From Malacoraja senta (lineage: Eukaryota): a stretch of 48,345 bases of DNA. The notes under the pieces are model-generated. The model was not told the DNA's origin. It did not search any database and saw nothing but the letters and a program-made list of their open reading frames with translations. Position numbers and translations under genes: made by a program. Where the stretch lies: NCBI GenBank assembly GCA_038087875.1, contig JAXLNO010000601.1:1-48345 (forward strand). The letters are read 5' to 3'. Shown here piece by piece: positions 37,781 to 48,345 of this stretch (position 1 is its first letter; the number at the start of each line of letters is the position of its first letter).

Positions 37781-40700
37781 CTATACATCTTTAAGCAATG
37801 CCTAGATGCAAAGATTAATTTGATTGTGGACAGAAGGGAAATTGGAGATTTGATTTACCACTAAACTCATCAGCTGGGAAGCATCATAGTCAGAGGATTA
37901 GACTCTCCTGCCTTGGGTAAAATAATGTTGCTATTCACCTTATCTGAGCACCTTACATAGATCTTATACACATCTATAAAAGTATATTGATGGGCTCCAA
38001 AGAAAAATATTCTTGCCTGTCCAACGTCTTCTTATAACCCAGTCCTTCAGACAATGAAATTATCATAAATCCTTTTGCAACCTCTCTCATTTGCTAACAA
38101 CCTTATTGTGCCAAACGCTGTATTTAATATCCTGACCTATAAAGCATGAGTGGCAAACACATTCTTCACCACCCTGCCTGTCACTGTTGCATCTTCCATG
38201 GCACTGTATACCTGCAGCCCGAGATCTCTCAGTTCTATAAAGTTCCCCGTTTACTGTGTATGCCCTGCCCTGGTTTGTCTCAGCAAAGTACATCACCTCA
38301 CCTTCACATGAATAAATCCCACCTGCCGTTCCTGAGCCCATTGGCCCAGTTCACAGGGATCCCATTTACTCTCAGATAACTTCCTTCACTCTCCACAATG
38401 TCACCAATTTTAGTTCCATCTGCAAACTGACTAACCGTGCAACCTACATACACACCCAATATAAATAAGGAACAACAGTGGACTCGGTCTCCAGTCTGAA
38501 AAACGACCCTCTACCAACAACCTGCGACCTTCAGGTAAATGTTGTATTCCATCGGCTAGTTCACCCCGGATTCCATGAGATCTAACCTTTCAGAGCGGCC
38601 TCTCATGTCTAGAAATTACATCTCTCAGAGGGCAGTGAATATCTGGAATGTGGTGCCCAAGATGGCGGTGAAAAGTTGAGTTATTGGATATCTGCAACTT
38701 GGCTAAAAATAAATATTTGATAGATGGAAAAATTAAGATTATGGGGAACTCACACAGAAGAGGAATTAGTGCCAGCTTAGATCAGCCATGATCACATTGA
38801 AAGGAGATCAAGCCTGAGGAGCGGATCCTAATCCTGCTCCTGTTTTCTTGTGTTCCTATGCTACTGTCGGACGACAGATGGCGCAATGGGCTAAGTGTTC
38901 AGCTGGCAACCGGAAGGTAGCCGGTTCGAATCCCGCTTGGAGTGCATACTGTCGTTGTGTCCTTGGGCAAGACACTTCACCCACCTTTGCCTGCGTGTGA
39001 ATGTGTGTGAATGTGTGTGAGTGATTGGTGGTGGTCGGAGGGGCCGTAGGCGCAAATTAGCAGCCACGCTTCCGTCAGTCTGCCCCAGGGCAGCTGTAGC
39101 TACAGAAGTAGCTTACCACCACCGAGTGTGACTGAGGAGTGAATGAATAATGCGATGTAAAGCGCCTTGAGTATTAGAAAGGCGCTATATAAATCCCATC
39201 CATTATTATTATTATTACTTTGTACTGATAAATTGACAGACTTGACACAGAGGAAATTCAGCAAAGATGAACAATACGTGTTCCTGGGACAATGAGTTTG
39301 CTGTGCAGGGTGAGATTGAGTAGACTAGGCCTGTGTACTCGAGAGTTCGGGTGTATAGGAGGAGATCTCAGTGAAACACAAAATTCTTACAGGGCTCAGT
39401 GGGCTGGATGCAGGGAGGATGTTTCCCCTGTCTGAGGGGTCTGGAGAACGGGCACCATCTCAGAATGTGGGCTGCACCATGTAGGTCAGAGATAAGGAGA
39501 CATTACTGCACGCAGAGACTGGAGAACCTTTGGAATTCCCTGCCCCGGTGGCTGTGGTGACTCAATCATTCAGTGCTCTTGGAGCCGAGAGCCATGGTTG
39601 TACATTACAGAATCCGGCCCTTCAGCACATCATGTCCATGTCCACCTTTTCCCCAGCTATACTAATCGATTTGCCCACATTACGTTGCTATTCTTCTACA
39701 CCTCATGTATTTAAGTGCCTCAAATATAGTGATTACATCTCACTCCACCACCTCCTCTGTAGCATGTTGCAGATATCACCCACTCTCAGTGTAAAGAAAA
39801 CTTCCAACTCAGATCCACTTTAAACGTTCTTGCTCTCATGATAAACATGCACTCTCTTGATCTGATATCCCTGCATGCGACTACGATTTTGATAATCTAC
39901 CCGATATCCTGCTGCAGACTTTGACAACCTTCCCTGCTATCCACAATTTCTGCGTCCTCCACAGACTTACTAATCACACCTCCTACATTCACATCCAAGC
40001 CATGAAAATATAACATAAACAGCAAAGGTTGCAGCACCGATCTTAGCTGCACTCTACCAGTCACAGACCTCCAAGCAGAAAAATCATCCTTCTACCTCCA
40101 ATCACCAAGCCAATTTTGTATCCATTTCACCAGCTCGCTTTGGATCCCACCTGCCTTCACTTCCTGGACCAGCCTTTCGTGCGGAACATTATCAAGCCCC
40201 TCAGTGAATTGCATTTATTGGTTCACAATGAGATCAGTGTGTTCTTAGTTGTACACACCCATCAAATTCACCCGTGAATCCCCTCTCTTTCAGCGACCCT
40301 ACAACCACAAGTCCCCACACATTCTGTCTAACAGCCAATCAAACAACCTCTGCTTCCTTCCATGGTCCAAGCCATGCCTCCCTCTCTCTCTCACCCTCCA
40401 CTGAAAGAAACAGGGGCAGGTCCTCTGGCCCCTCATGTCTCCCTCCCCCCATTCACTATGATCATGGCGACTCCACCCCACACCTCTACCTCCCCTTTAA
40501 CAACCTCAAATTACCAAATTACCATTGGGGTTCCTTGTTCATCAGTCAATGAAAATAAGCATGCAGGTGCAGCAGGCAGTGAAGAAAGCGAGTGGCATGT
40601 TGGCCTTTCTAAGAAGAAGAGTTGAGTATATAGCAGTTGTATAGGGCCCTAGTGAGACCGCACCTGGAACATTGTGTGCAGTTTTGGGTCCCTAATTTGA

Positions 40701-42059
40701 GGAAGGACATTCTTGTAATTGAGTGAGTGCAACGTTGGTTCACAAGGTTAATTCCCGGGATGGCGGGAGTGTCATATGCTGAGAGAATGGAGCGGCTGGG
40801 CTTGTATACTCTGGAGTTTAGAAGGATGAGGGGTGATCTTATTGAAACATATAAGATTATTAAGGGTTTGCATACGCTAGAGGCAGGAAACATGTTCCGG
40901 ATGTTGGGGAAGTCCAGAACCAGGGGCCACAGTTTCAGAATAAGGGGTAAGCCATTTAGAACGGAGACGAGGAAACACTTTTTCTCACAGAGAGTTGTGA
41001 GTCTGTGGCATTCTCTGCCTCAGAGGGCGATGGAGGCCGGTTCTCTGGTTACTTTCAAGAGAGAGCTAGATCGGGCTCTTTAAGGTAGAGGAGTCAGGGG
41101 ATATGGGGAGAAGGCAGGAACGGGGTACTGATTGGGGATGATCAGCCATGATCATAGTGAATGGCGGTGCTGGCTCGAAGGCCGAATGGCCTACTCCTGC
41201 AACTATTGTCTATTGTCACTCACTTCAATATACTCTTGCTCCGATTTGCTTCTATCTGTGAACAGCCCGCTTCATTCCTCCATCCCCACCACAATCTCGC
41301 AATCCACCCCAATCTCCGCACTTGTCCTCCCCGTCCACCCTCCCCCATCTCACGAAATTCCCCTCTCCACCCCCTGGATTAAAAACTCCGGGAAAGATGT
41401 CTGTTGTCCACCGGATGTGGTTGGGGTGAAACCCCGGGCATGGTTTCAGTTGTCCGCCCGCTGTTGCCCGAGTCTCCCCCACACCGACCCCCGGGGACTG
41501 ACTCTCTGATTCTCTGCTTCTCCCCCCAGTCTCCGTCACCCTGGATGTGGAAGCAGCGCATGCGCAGCTCGAGGTGTCTGAGGATCGGAAGAGGGTGAGA
41601 ATGACCGGGACCCGGAGGAGTCTCCCTGACACCGGGAAGAGGTTTACAGGCAGTGCGTGTGTGTTGGGATCGGAGGGATTCACATCGGGGAGACATTACT
41701 GGGAGGTGGAGGTGGCGGGGAGTCGGCGCTGGAGTCTGGGAGTCGCCGCAGAGTCTGTGGAGAGGAAGGGACCGGTCACACTGACCCCGGAGACTGGAGT
41801 CTGGAGCATCGAGCGGTGGGGTGACGGGTTTGATGCATCCACCTCCCCTCCATCCCCTCTCCCCGCCCGTCCCATCCCCGGGAGGCTGGGAGTTTATCTC
41901 AGTTACGAGTCCGGAACAGTTTCATTTTACGACGCGGACACCAAGTCCCATCTCCACACCTTCACTGGGAATAAATTCACGGAGAAACTTTATCCTTTCT
42001 TCAGGACTTGTGATGTAAACTGGCTGAGAATGTGCTCCGGTTCCGCTCCGGGTGTGTAA
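31343..42059 (+). CDS. TRIM E3 ubiquitin ligase, RING-B-box-coiled coil-PRY/SPRY (TRIM27/39/69-like, zinc-binding protein A33-like), 470 aa; exons 31343-31753, 31845-31940, 32738-32971, 34744-34766, 35775-35893, 41530-42059
   Basis: C3HC4 RING (CPIC...CGHNFCRSC...CPEC), B-box2 (CEEH...C...CVIC....H..H), coiled-coil exons, SPRY motifs [22 protein letters not shown] and LYPFF; all introns GT-AG; exon sizes 411/96/234/23/119/530 sum to 1413 nt in frame; 96- and 23-nt exons are typical of TRIM genes. Confidence 0.93.
32008..32190 (+). mobile_element. Degenerate tRNA-derived HE1/V-SINE-like element
   Basis: B box GGTTCGATCC followed by TGACCTCGGGTGCTG; homologous to 45230-45440. Confidence 0.65.
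32308..32602 (-). mobile_element. CR1 3' fragment in TRIM coding intron 2
   Basis: CAATAGAC tail and CR1 3'UTR. Confidence 0.88.
33745..34312 (-). mobile_element. CR1 3' fragment in TRIM coding intron 3
   Basis: [21 protein letters not shown] tail. Confidence 0.9.
34825..35737 (+). mobile_element. GC-rich non-autonomous retroposon with L2-type tail
   Basis: Starts CAAGATGGCGG; CpG-rich body; ends TGTAAAGCACTTTG...GCTATATCAATAAAA(TTAC)n. Confidence 0.7.
35960..37730 (+). mobile_element. Decayed Penelope-like element (RT, GIY-YIG endonuclease, pLTR)
   Basis: PKIHK...[39 protein letters not shown] and [21 protein letters not shown]; terminus with hammerhead-like motif at 37603-37630. Confidence 0.9.
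37742..37779. repeat. (TAT)n microsatellite
   Basis: About 12 TAT units. Confidence 0.95.
38030..40200. mobile_element. Cluster of old CR1 fragments in both orientations
   Basis: Decayed CR1 RT and 3'UTR segments at ~38030-38590 (-), 38620-38860 (+), 39240-39580 (+) and 39600-40200 (-). Confidence 0.55.
38869..39217 (+). mobile_element. Intact tRNA-derived SINE (AFC-like) with L2 tail
   Basis: A box TGGCGCAATGG at 38879-38889, B box GGTTCGAATCC at 38923-38933, GTCCTTGGGCAAGACACTT core, tail TGTAAAGCGCCTTGAG...GCGCTATATAAAT plus (ATT)n. Confidence 0.92.
40530..41217 (+). mobile_element. CR1 3' fragment in TRIM coding intron 5
   Basis: ORF 40727-41083 ([21 protein letters not shown]); (TGTCTAT)n tail. 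Confidence 0.92.
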
Positions 42060-42202
42060 AAGGGTCGGGTCCCGGGACCGGCGTCAGGAGCGGGGCTCAG
42101 GGGCTGTGGGGCAGAAACCCGGTGGACAACAGGTCGGCGCTGAACGAACGGCTCACATTTAATCCACAAATTCCGCGTCGTGAAAACCCCAGTGAGCGCG
42201 GA

Positions 42203-42245
42203 AATAAAACCAGGGGGAATGTAAATGTGGGAAGAGTGAAATAAA
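42203..42245 (+). terminator. Polyadenylation signals of the TRIM gene
   Basis: AATAAA at 42203-42208 and 42240-42245, about 140-185 nt after the stop codon. Confidence 0.65.
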
Positions 42246-42314
42246 CAGCAACTGGAATCAGAGCTGTCTGTCGATCCGTTCATTTCAACGCGTTAACCGC
42301 GTCACTTCTTGGTT

Positions 42315-42333
42315 CCGCCACTAGATGGCAGCA
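42315..42333 (+). promoter_or_regulatory. CTCF binding motif
   Basis: CCGCCACTAGATGGCAGCA matches the CCACYAGRKGGCRS consensus. Confidence 0.75.
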
Positions 42334-42395
42334 AAGCCACGTGGTGCGACCACAGACCAGCTGTAACTTTGAGAATTAACTTTGACAATTGCAGA

Positions 42396-43215
42396 AATAG
42401 AATAGAATAGAATACGTTTATTGTCATTGCACAATACTGTGCAACCAAATTCCATTGCATCTCCTCCGGTTAAAAAATACAATCACGACAACCATTGACA
42501 CATATCTACACTTATTAGTAAAATAATAAATAAGTATTTAAAAAGAATTTTAAAAGAATGTGGCATTTCTTGGAATTACATTTTGCTTCCCCAGTGTTCT
42601 CTGTTGGAATTAAGTTCTTTTATCGCACATGGGTAGAAACTATTTTTTAGTCTACCAGCCTTCAGAGACCTGAATCGCCTCCCAGAGGGTAGCAGAGTGA
42701 AAAGGTGGTTGGCAGGGTGGGATGTGTCCTGCTTGATGTTTGTGTCCCGGCGCAAGCATCGGGCCCTATATATATCATCCAAGGAGGGCAGTTGAGCGTT
42801 TGTGATGCTCTGTGCAGTTTGTGATGCTCTGTGCAGTTTTTATAACTCTGCAGCGCCCTCCTCTCAGCCACAGTGCAGCTAGCAAACCACACCAGGATGC
42901 CATAGGAGAGGATACTTTCCACGGCGCATCGGTAGAAGGACAGCAGCAGCGGCTGTGAGACGTTTGCTCTCCGCAGAGACCTCAGGAAATACAGCCGCTG
43001 CTGTGACTTCTTCACGAGAGTGACGGTGTTCATTTGCCATTTGAGGTCCTGGGAGATGTTTATTCCCAGGAATTTAAAGCCAGTGACTCTCTCCACCATG
43101 TCTCCTTTGATGTATAGAGGAGCCGGTTCCTCTCTCCTCTTCCTCCTGAAGTCAACGACCAGTTCTTTTGTCTTTGATGGGTTGAGTACCAGGTTGTTTT
43201 TGGTACACCAGACAG
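42396..43215 (-). mobile_element. Rex1/Babar-clade LINE 3' fragment (second subfamily)
   Basis: FKFLGINISQDLKW, QRLYFLRSL, FYRCAVESIL and LLPSGRRFRS; (TATTC)n tail. Confidence 0.87.
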
Positions 43216-43488
43216 TCAGTCAGAAACAGCGGGAATCTGATTTAATAAGTGACTTTTGTGACCTGTTACCACACCTGCGGCCAAAACCAAATGCATGGCT
43301 GAAAATGTGGAATAAAAGCAGAAATTACCCCAATTACTCAGCAGGTCAGGCGGCATCTGCAAGATGAAACAGACCTTACATTTCAGATCTAATACTGATG
43401 ACGAATTGTGTTTCCATTTGGATTTTCAGCATCTGTGTTTTTTTGTTTTTTTTCCAGTTGAATGGGTGATTGGAATGTGAGTCTGACC

Positions 43489-45143
43489 ATCAGCTCTTCC
43501 AAACCCACTACCTGCTCCCTTGACCCTCTCTCCACTCCCCTGCTGAAGTCCTGCCTCCCTGCTCTCTGCCCCTACCTCACTAATCTTTTCAACTCCTCAT
43601 TGTCCCAAGGAATTGTCCCCTCTGCTTTCAAAACTGCTGCTGTCACACCAATCTTAAAGAAACCTGGTCTTGATCCCTCCTCTCTCATTAACTACCGCCC
43701 CATCTCAAACCTCCCCTTTCTTTCAAAAACCCTGGTGCGCATCGTCGCGTCACAACTTCATTCCCACCTCCTCGTGTATAACCTATTCGAACCCCTCCAA
43801 TCTGGCTTTCGCCCCCTCCATAGCACAGAAACTGCTCTCCTCAAAGTCCTCAATGACCTCCTTACCTCTGCTGACTCTGGCTCCCTCAATATCCTCATCC
43901 TCCTCGACCTGAGTGCAGCCTTCGATACCGTCAACCACAACATCCTGCTCACCAGACTTAGGGACCTTGGCATTGAAGGTTCTGCACTCAGCTGGTTCCG
44001 TTCTTACCTTTCCAACCGATCCCACTTCATCTCTCTCCATAACCACACCTCTGCCACAGCCACTGTCACTCAAGGCGTTCCCCAAGGCTCCGTTCTTGGT
44101 CCCCTCCTCTTCATCATCTACATCCTCCCCCTTGGTCATATACTCCGTCACTTCAACCTGGACTTCCACTGCTATGCTGATGACACCCAGATCTATCTCA
44201 ACACCAAGTCCCCCCACCACCCCCCTCTCTCCCATATCAACTCCTGCCTATCAGCCATCAAATCTTGGATGCAACTCAACTTCCTTAAATTAAACAATAG
44301 CAAAACAGAATTTCTCCTCATTGGCTCCAAATCAACACTCACTAAAATTAACAACCCCACTCTCACTATCGACGGCACCACTGTCTCCCCATCTCCTCAG
44401 GCACGCAACCTTGGCGTGATCCTTGACTCAACCCTCTCCCTTGAGCCTCACATCCGCCATGTTGTCAAAACATCATTTTTTCACCTCCGCAACATTGCAA
44501 TAATCAGATCGTCTCTCACACCCCCCGCTGCTGAAAGACTCATCCATGCCTTCATCTCCTCCCGACTGGACTACTGTAACTCTCTTCTTTTCGGAATCAA
44601 TTCCAGCAGCATCAAACGACTCCAACTGGTCCAAAATGCAGCCGCTCGACTCATTACCCACACCAAATCCACCACAACACCCCAGTTCTCAAAGAACTTC
44701 ACTGGCTTCCCATTTCCCACCGGATCACCTACAAAATCCTGGTCCTCACCTACAAAGCCCTCAACAACCTGGCCCCCCCTTATCTCATTGACCTCCTCTC
44801 CCCCTACCAACCCTCACGGTCCCTCAGATCCACATCAGCTGGTCTCCTCTCCACTCCGAAATCAAACCTCTGCACTTTTGGAGGCAGAGCCTTCTCCAGG
44901 GCAGCTCCCAGGCTCTGGAATTCCCTCCCACAACCGGTACGAAATTCTGAGTCCCTCACCATCTTCCAGTCCCGCCTCAAGACCCATCTCTTCACCTCTG
45001 CATACCCTTAGTCCCATGTTCCCCTCCCCTCTGTCTTACTGCTCTATTTTGTTTTGTTTATTCCTGACTCTCAATTGTAAAGCAACTTTGAGTCCTGAAA
45101 AAGCGCTATATAAATAAAAATAAATATTTTTTTAATTATTATA
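43489..45143 (+). mobile_element. 5'-truncated L2 LINE with open RT domain
   Basis: [57 protein letters not shown] and SRLDYCNSLL; one frameshift near 44670; tail AAAGCGCTATATAAATAAA. Confidence 0.93.
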
Positions 45144-45229
45144 TAAACTGCCAACAAAAAACAGAAACCGTTGTGGGCATTCAGCAGGTTGGGCAGTATA
45201 CAGTGTCAGGAAAGGGTTAATATGTCTGA

Positions 45230-45440
45230 GGTACTGTGGAGCTGCGGGTAGAGCCGCTGTCTCACAGGGCCAGAGACCAGGGTTCTATCCTGACCTTGGG
45301 TGCTGTCTGTTCAGAGTTTGCACGTTCTCCCTGTGACCACGTGGGTTTCCTCCAGGTGCTCCGGGTTTCCCTCGCATCCAAAAGACATGTGGGTTTGTTG
45401 GTTAATTGGCCTCTGTAAATTGCCCTTTGTGTGTAGGGAG
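45230..45440 (+). mobile_element. HE1/V-SINE-like tRNA-derived SINE
   Basis: GGTTCTATCC B box; V-domain-like GAGTTTGCACGTTCTCCCTGTGACC.CGTGGGTTTCCTCC. Confidence 0.8.
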
Positions 45441-45769
45441 AGTTGCGACATTTAGCACAGTGCCATCTGCTTATAATGTGCATTGGAACAGTGGGCTGTG
45501 GCTCAGACTGAACCACGCCAAGACTATTGCAATGTTCTTTATGTATTCTGTGCCAAATCATGCCATGGGACTTGTGGAGGTGTTTCTAGAAAATATAATC
45601 ACATACAAAATGCTAAAGCTACAGAACAGTTATGAGACACAAGTATTTACAGATGCTTTCAGTCCAAGAGTCAAGAGTGTTTTATTCCCACATGTCCCAG
45701 ACACAACAATGAAATTCTTACTTGCAGCAGCACAACAGAATATGTCAACATATTCACCCATATTATATA

Positions 45770-45880
45770 AAGAAGGAATTGCAGACTGATGAAGGGTCTC
45801 AACCCAAAACATCACCTATTCCTTCTCTCCATAGATGCTGCCTGACCCGCTGAGATACTCCAGCACTTTGTGTCTATCCC
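45770..45880 (+). mobile_element. Penelope pLTR fragment with degenerate hammerhead
   Basis: CTGATGAAGGGTCTCAACCCAAAACATC followed by ATAGATGCTGCCTGACCCGCTGAG. Confidence 0.7.
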
Positions 45881-46229
45881 TCAAAACCTTTCCTGTGTGT
45901 ATCTGCCTGAATATCTTTTGATTATTGTCCATTTGGAATGCTTGTGCCTCTGATGAAGAGCGTGACAACTTCAAACTTCTTGAAGTTGTCAGTGTATATC
46001 CGTAGAACACTAGAACAGCACAGCACAAGGACAGGCCCTTCGGCCCACAATGATGCCAAACATGATGCCAACATTAACTCATAACGGCAGGGTTGTTACA
46101 AGGGAACAGGTTCAAGGATCTGACGAGTAGAACAGAAAAAGGCTCACTTGTCTATTTGCAAATCAGTTTTATTGGTGAGAGGACAAAACAATACTCTGTT
46201 TCCGCGGGCATCCCGTTTTACAGACGTAC

Positions 46230-46230
<1 letters not shown>

Positions 46231-46264
<34 letters not shown>

Positions 46265-46340
46265 CCCCTCTCTCTCTCTCTTCCCTCCCCTCTCTCTCTC
46301 TCTTCCCCTCTCTCTTCCCCCCTCTCTCTCTTTCTCTCTT

Positions 46341-46400
<60 letters not shown>

Positions 46401-47077
46401 CCCCTCTCTCTCTCTCCCCCTCTCTCTCACTCTCTCTTCTCCCCCCTCTCTCTCTCTCCCCCTCACTCTCTCTCTCTCTTTCCCCACTCTCTCTCTCTCT
46501 CTTTCCCCCTCTCTCTCTCTCCCCCCCCTCTCCTCTCTCTCCCCACCCCTCTCTCCCTCTCTCTCTTCCCCTCTCTCACTCTCCCTCTCTCCCCCCTCTC
46601 ACCTCCTCTCCCCCCTCCCCTCCTCTCCCCCTCTCTCTCTCCCCCTCTCTCTCTCTCTCTCTCTCTCTCCTCCCCCCTCTCTCTCCCCCTCACTCACTCT
46701 CCCCTCTCCTCTTCCCTCCTCTCTCTCTCCCCCCTCTCTCTCTTCCCCCCTCTCTCCTCTCTCTCTCTCTCTCTCCCCCCTCTCTCTCTCTCCCCTCCTC
46801 ACTCTCCTCTCTCTCTCCTCTCTCTTCCTCCCTCTCTCTCTTCCCCTCTCTCTCTCTCTCCCTCTCTCTCTCTCTCTCTCCCCCCTCTCTATCTCTCTTC
46901 CCCCTCCCCCCTCTCTCTCTCTTCCCCCCTCCCCCCTCTCTCTCTCTCTCTCCTCTCTCTCTCCTCTCCCTCCTCTCTCTCTCTCTCTCTCACTCTCTCT
47001 CTCCTCTCTCTCTTTCTCCCCTCTCTCTCTCTCTCCCCTCTCCTCTCTCTCTTCTCTCTTCCCCCTCTCTCTCTCTC

Positions 47078-47117
<40 letters not shown>

Positions 47118-47150
47118 TCTCTCTCTCTCTCTCTCTCCCCCTCTCCCACC

Positions 47151-47189
<39 letters not shown>

Positions 47190-47556
47190 CTCTCCCCTCT
47201 CTCTCTCTCCCCCCTCTCCCTCTCTCCCCTCTCTCTCTCTCTCTCTTTCCCCCCTCTTGCTCTCTCTCTCTTCCCCTCTCTCTCTCTCCCTCTCTCTCTC
47301 CCCCCTCTCTCTACCCCCTCTCTCTTCCCCCCTCTCTCTCTTCCCCTCTCTCTCTTCCCCCTCTCTCTCTCTTCCCTCTCTCTCTCTTCCCCCTCTCTCT
47401 CTCTATCCCCCTCTCGCTCTTTCCCACCCTCTCCCTCTCTGTCCCCCTCTCTCTCTTTCCCCTCCTCTCGCTCTCTTTCCCCCTCTCTCTCTCTCGTTTC
47501 CCCCTCTCTCTCTCTTCCCCCATCTCTCTCTCTCTCTCTCCCCTCTCTCTCTACCC

Positions 47557-47590
<34 letters not shown>

Positions 47591-47738
47591 CCCCTTCTCT
47601 ATCTCTCCTCTCTTTCTCCCCCTCTCTCTCTCTCCCCCCTCTCTCTCTCTCTCCCTCTATCTCTCTCTCCCTCTATCTCTCACTCTCTCCCCCCTCTCTC
47701 TCTTCCCCCCCTCTCTTTCTCTCTCTCTCTCTGTCTCT

Positions 47739-47773
<35 letters not shown>

Positions 47774-48027
47774 TCTCTTCCCCCTCTCTCTCTCTATCCC
47801 CCCTTTTCTCTCTCTCCACCCTCTCTCTCTGTCTCCCCCCTCCCTCTCTCTGTCTCTTCCCCCTCTCTCTCTCTCTCTCTTCCCTCCCCCCTCTCTCTCT
47901 CTCTCTCTCTCCCCTCTATCTCTCTCTTTCCCCCCTTCTCTCTCTCTCCCCCCCCTCTCTCTCTCTTCCCCCCCTCTCTCTTTCTCTCTCTCTTCCCCCC
48001 CTTCTCTCTCTCTCTCCTCTCTCCGCC

Positions 48028-48059
<32 letters not shown>

Positions 48060-48345
48060 TCCCCTCTCTCTCTCTCCCCCCCTCTCTCTCTCTCTCTCTC
48101 CCCTCTCCTCTCTCTCTCTCTTGCTCCCCCTCTCTCTCTCTCTCTCTTCCCCCCTCTCTTCCCCCCTCTCTCTCGCTCCCCTTCTCTCTCTCTCTCTCTC
48201 TTCACCCCCTCTCTCCCCCCCTCTCTCTCTCTCCCCTCTCTTTCTCCCCCCTCTCTCTCCCCCTCTCTCTCCACCTCACTCTCATACTCCGTCCACTCCT
48301 TCCCCCCCCCCCCCCCCCCCCCCCCACCCACCCCCCCCCCCCCCC
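46231..48345. repeat. 2.1-kb (CT)n/C-run polypyrimidine tract ending in poly(C)
   Basis: Almost purine-free + strand, running to the window end. Confidence 0.97.

Noticed and set aside
38869..38945. tRNA gene
   Set aside because: A and B boxes are present but there is no acceptor stem or oligo-T terminator; it continues into a SINE body and tail
35894..41529. Extra short pre-PRY micro-exon as seen in some mammalian TRIMs
   Set aside because: Exon 5 joins the last exon in frame and no convincing candidate was found among the repeats
43462..45117. 551-aa ORF as a domesticated RT gene
   Set aside because: 5'-truncated L2 with a frameshifted C-terminus, an intact retroposon tail and a near-identical sibling copy
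46218..48331. Glu/Arg/Gly-rich ORFs
   Set aside because: Translations of the (GA)n satellite

Overview
Eukaryotic, repeat-dense vertebrate genomic DNA. The repeat repertoire (many CR1 copies with (TTCTATGT)n/(TGTCTAT)n tails, HE1/V-SINE-like SINEs, Penelope-derived palindromic elements) points to a cartilaginous fish, probably a skate or ray (inference). The one clear host gene is an intact six-coding-exon + strand TRIM gene (RING, B-box2, coiled coil, PRY/SPRY; CDS 31343-42059, 1413 nt, 470 aa), followed by polyA signals and a consensus CTCF site. Most other sequence is retroelement: a full-length disabled L1 with a 15-bp TSD (3441-9760), truncated L1s, more than 15 CR1 fragments, a young L2, two Rex1/Babar fragments, a decayed Penelope RT/GIY-YIG element, SINEs and a 2.1-kb (CT)n-rich tract. 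Less obvious signals are minimal hammerhead-ribozyme cores in Penelope termini, a teleost AFC-like SINE sharing its tail with the local L2, a 0.9-kb GC-rich non-autonomous L2-tailed retroposon, a 59-bp YY1 plus palindrome array, a hidden tandem segmental duplication, and an orphan CpG/CCAAT promoter with minus-strand splice sites. Boundaries of degenerate repeats are approximate and family names come from recognition, not database searches.
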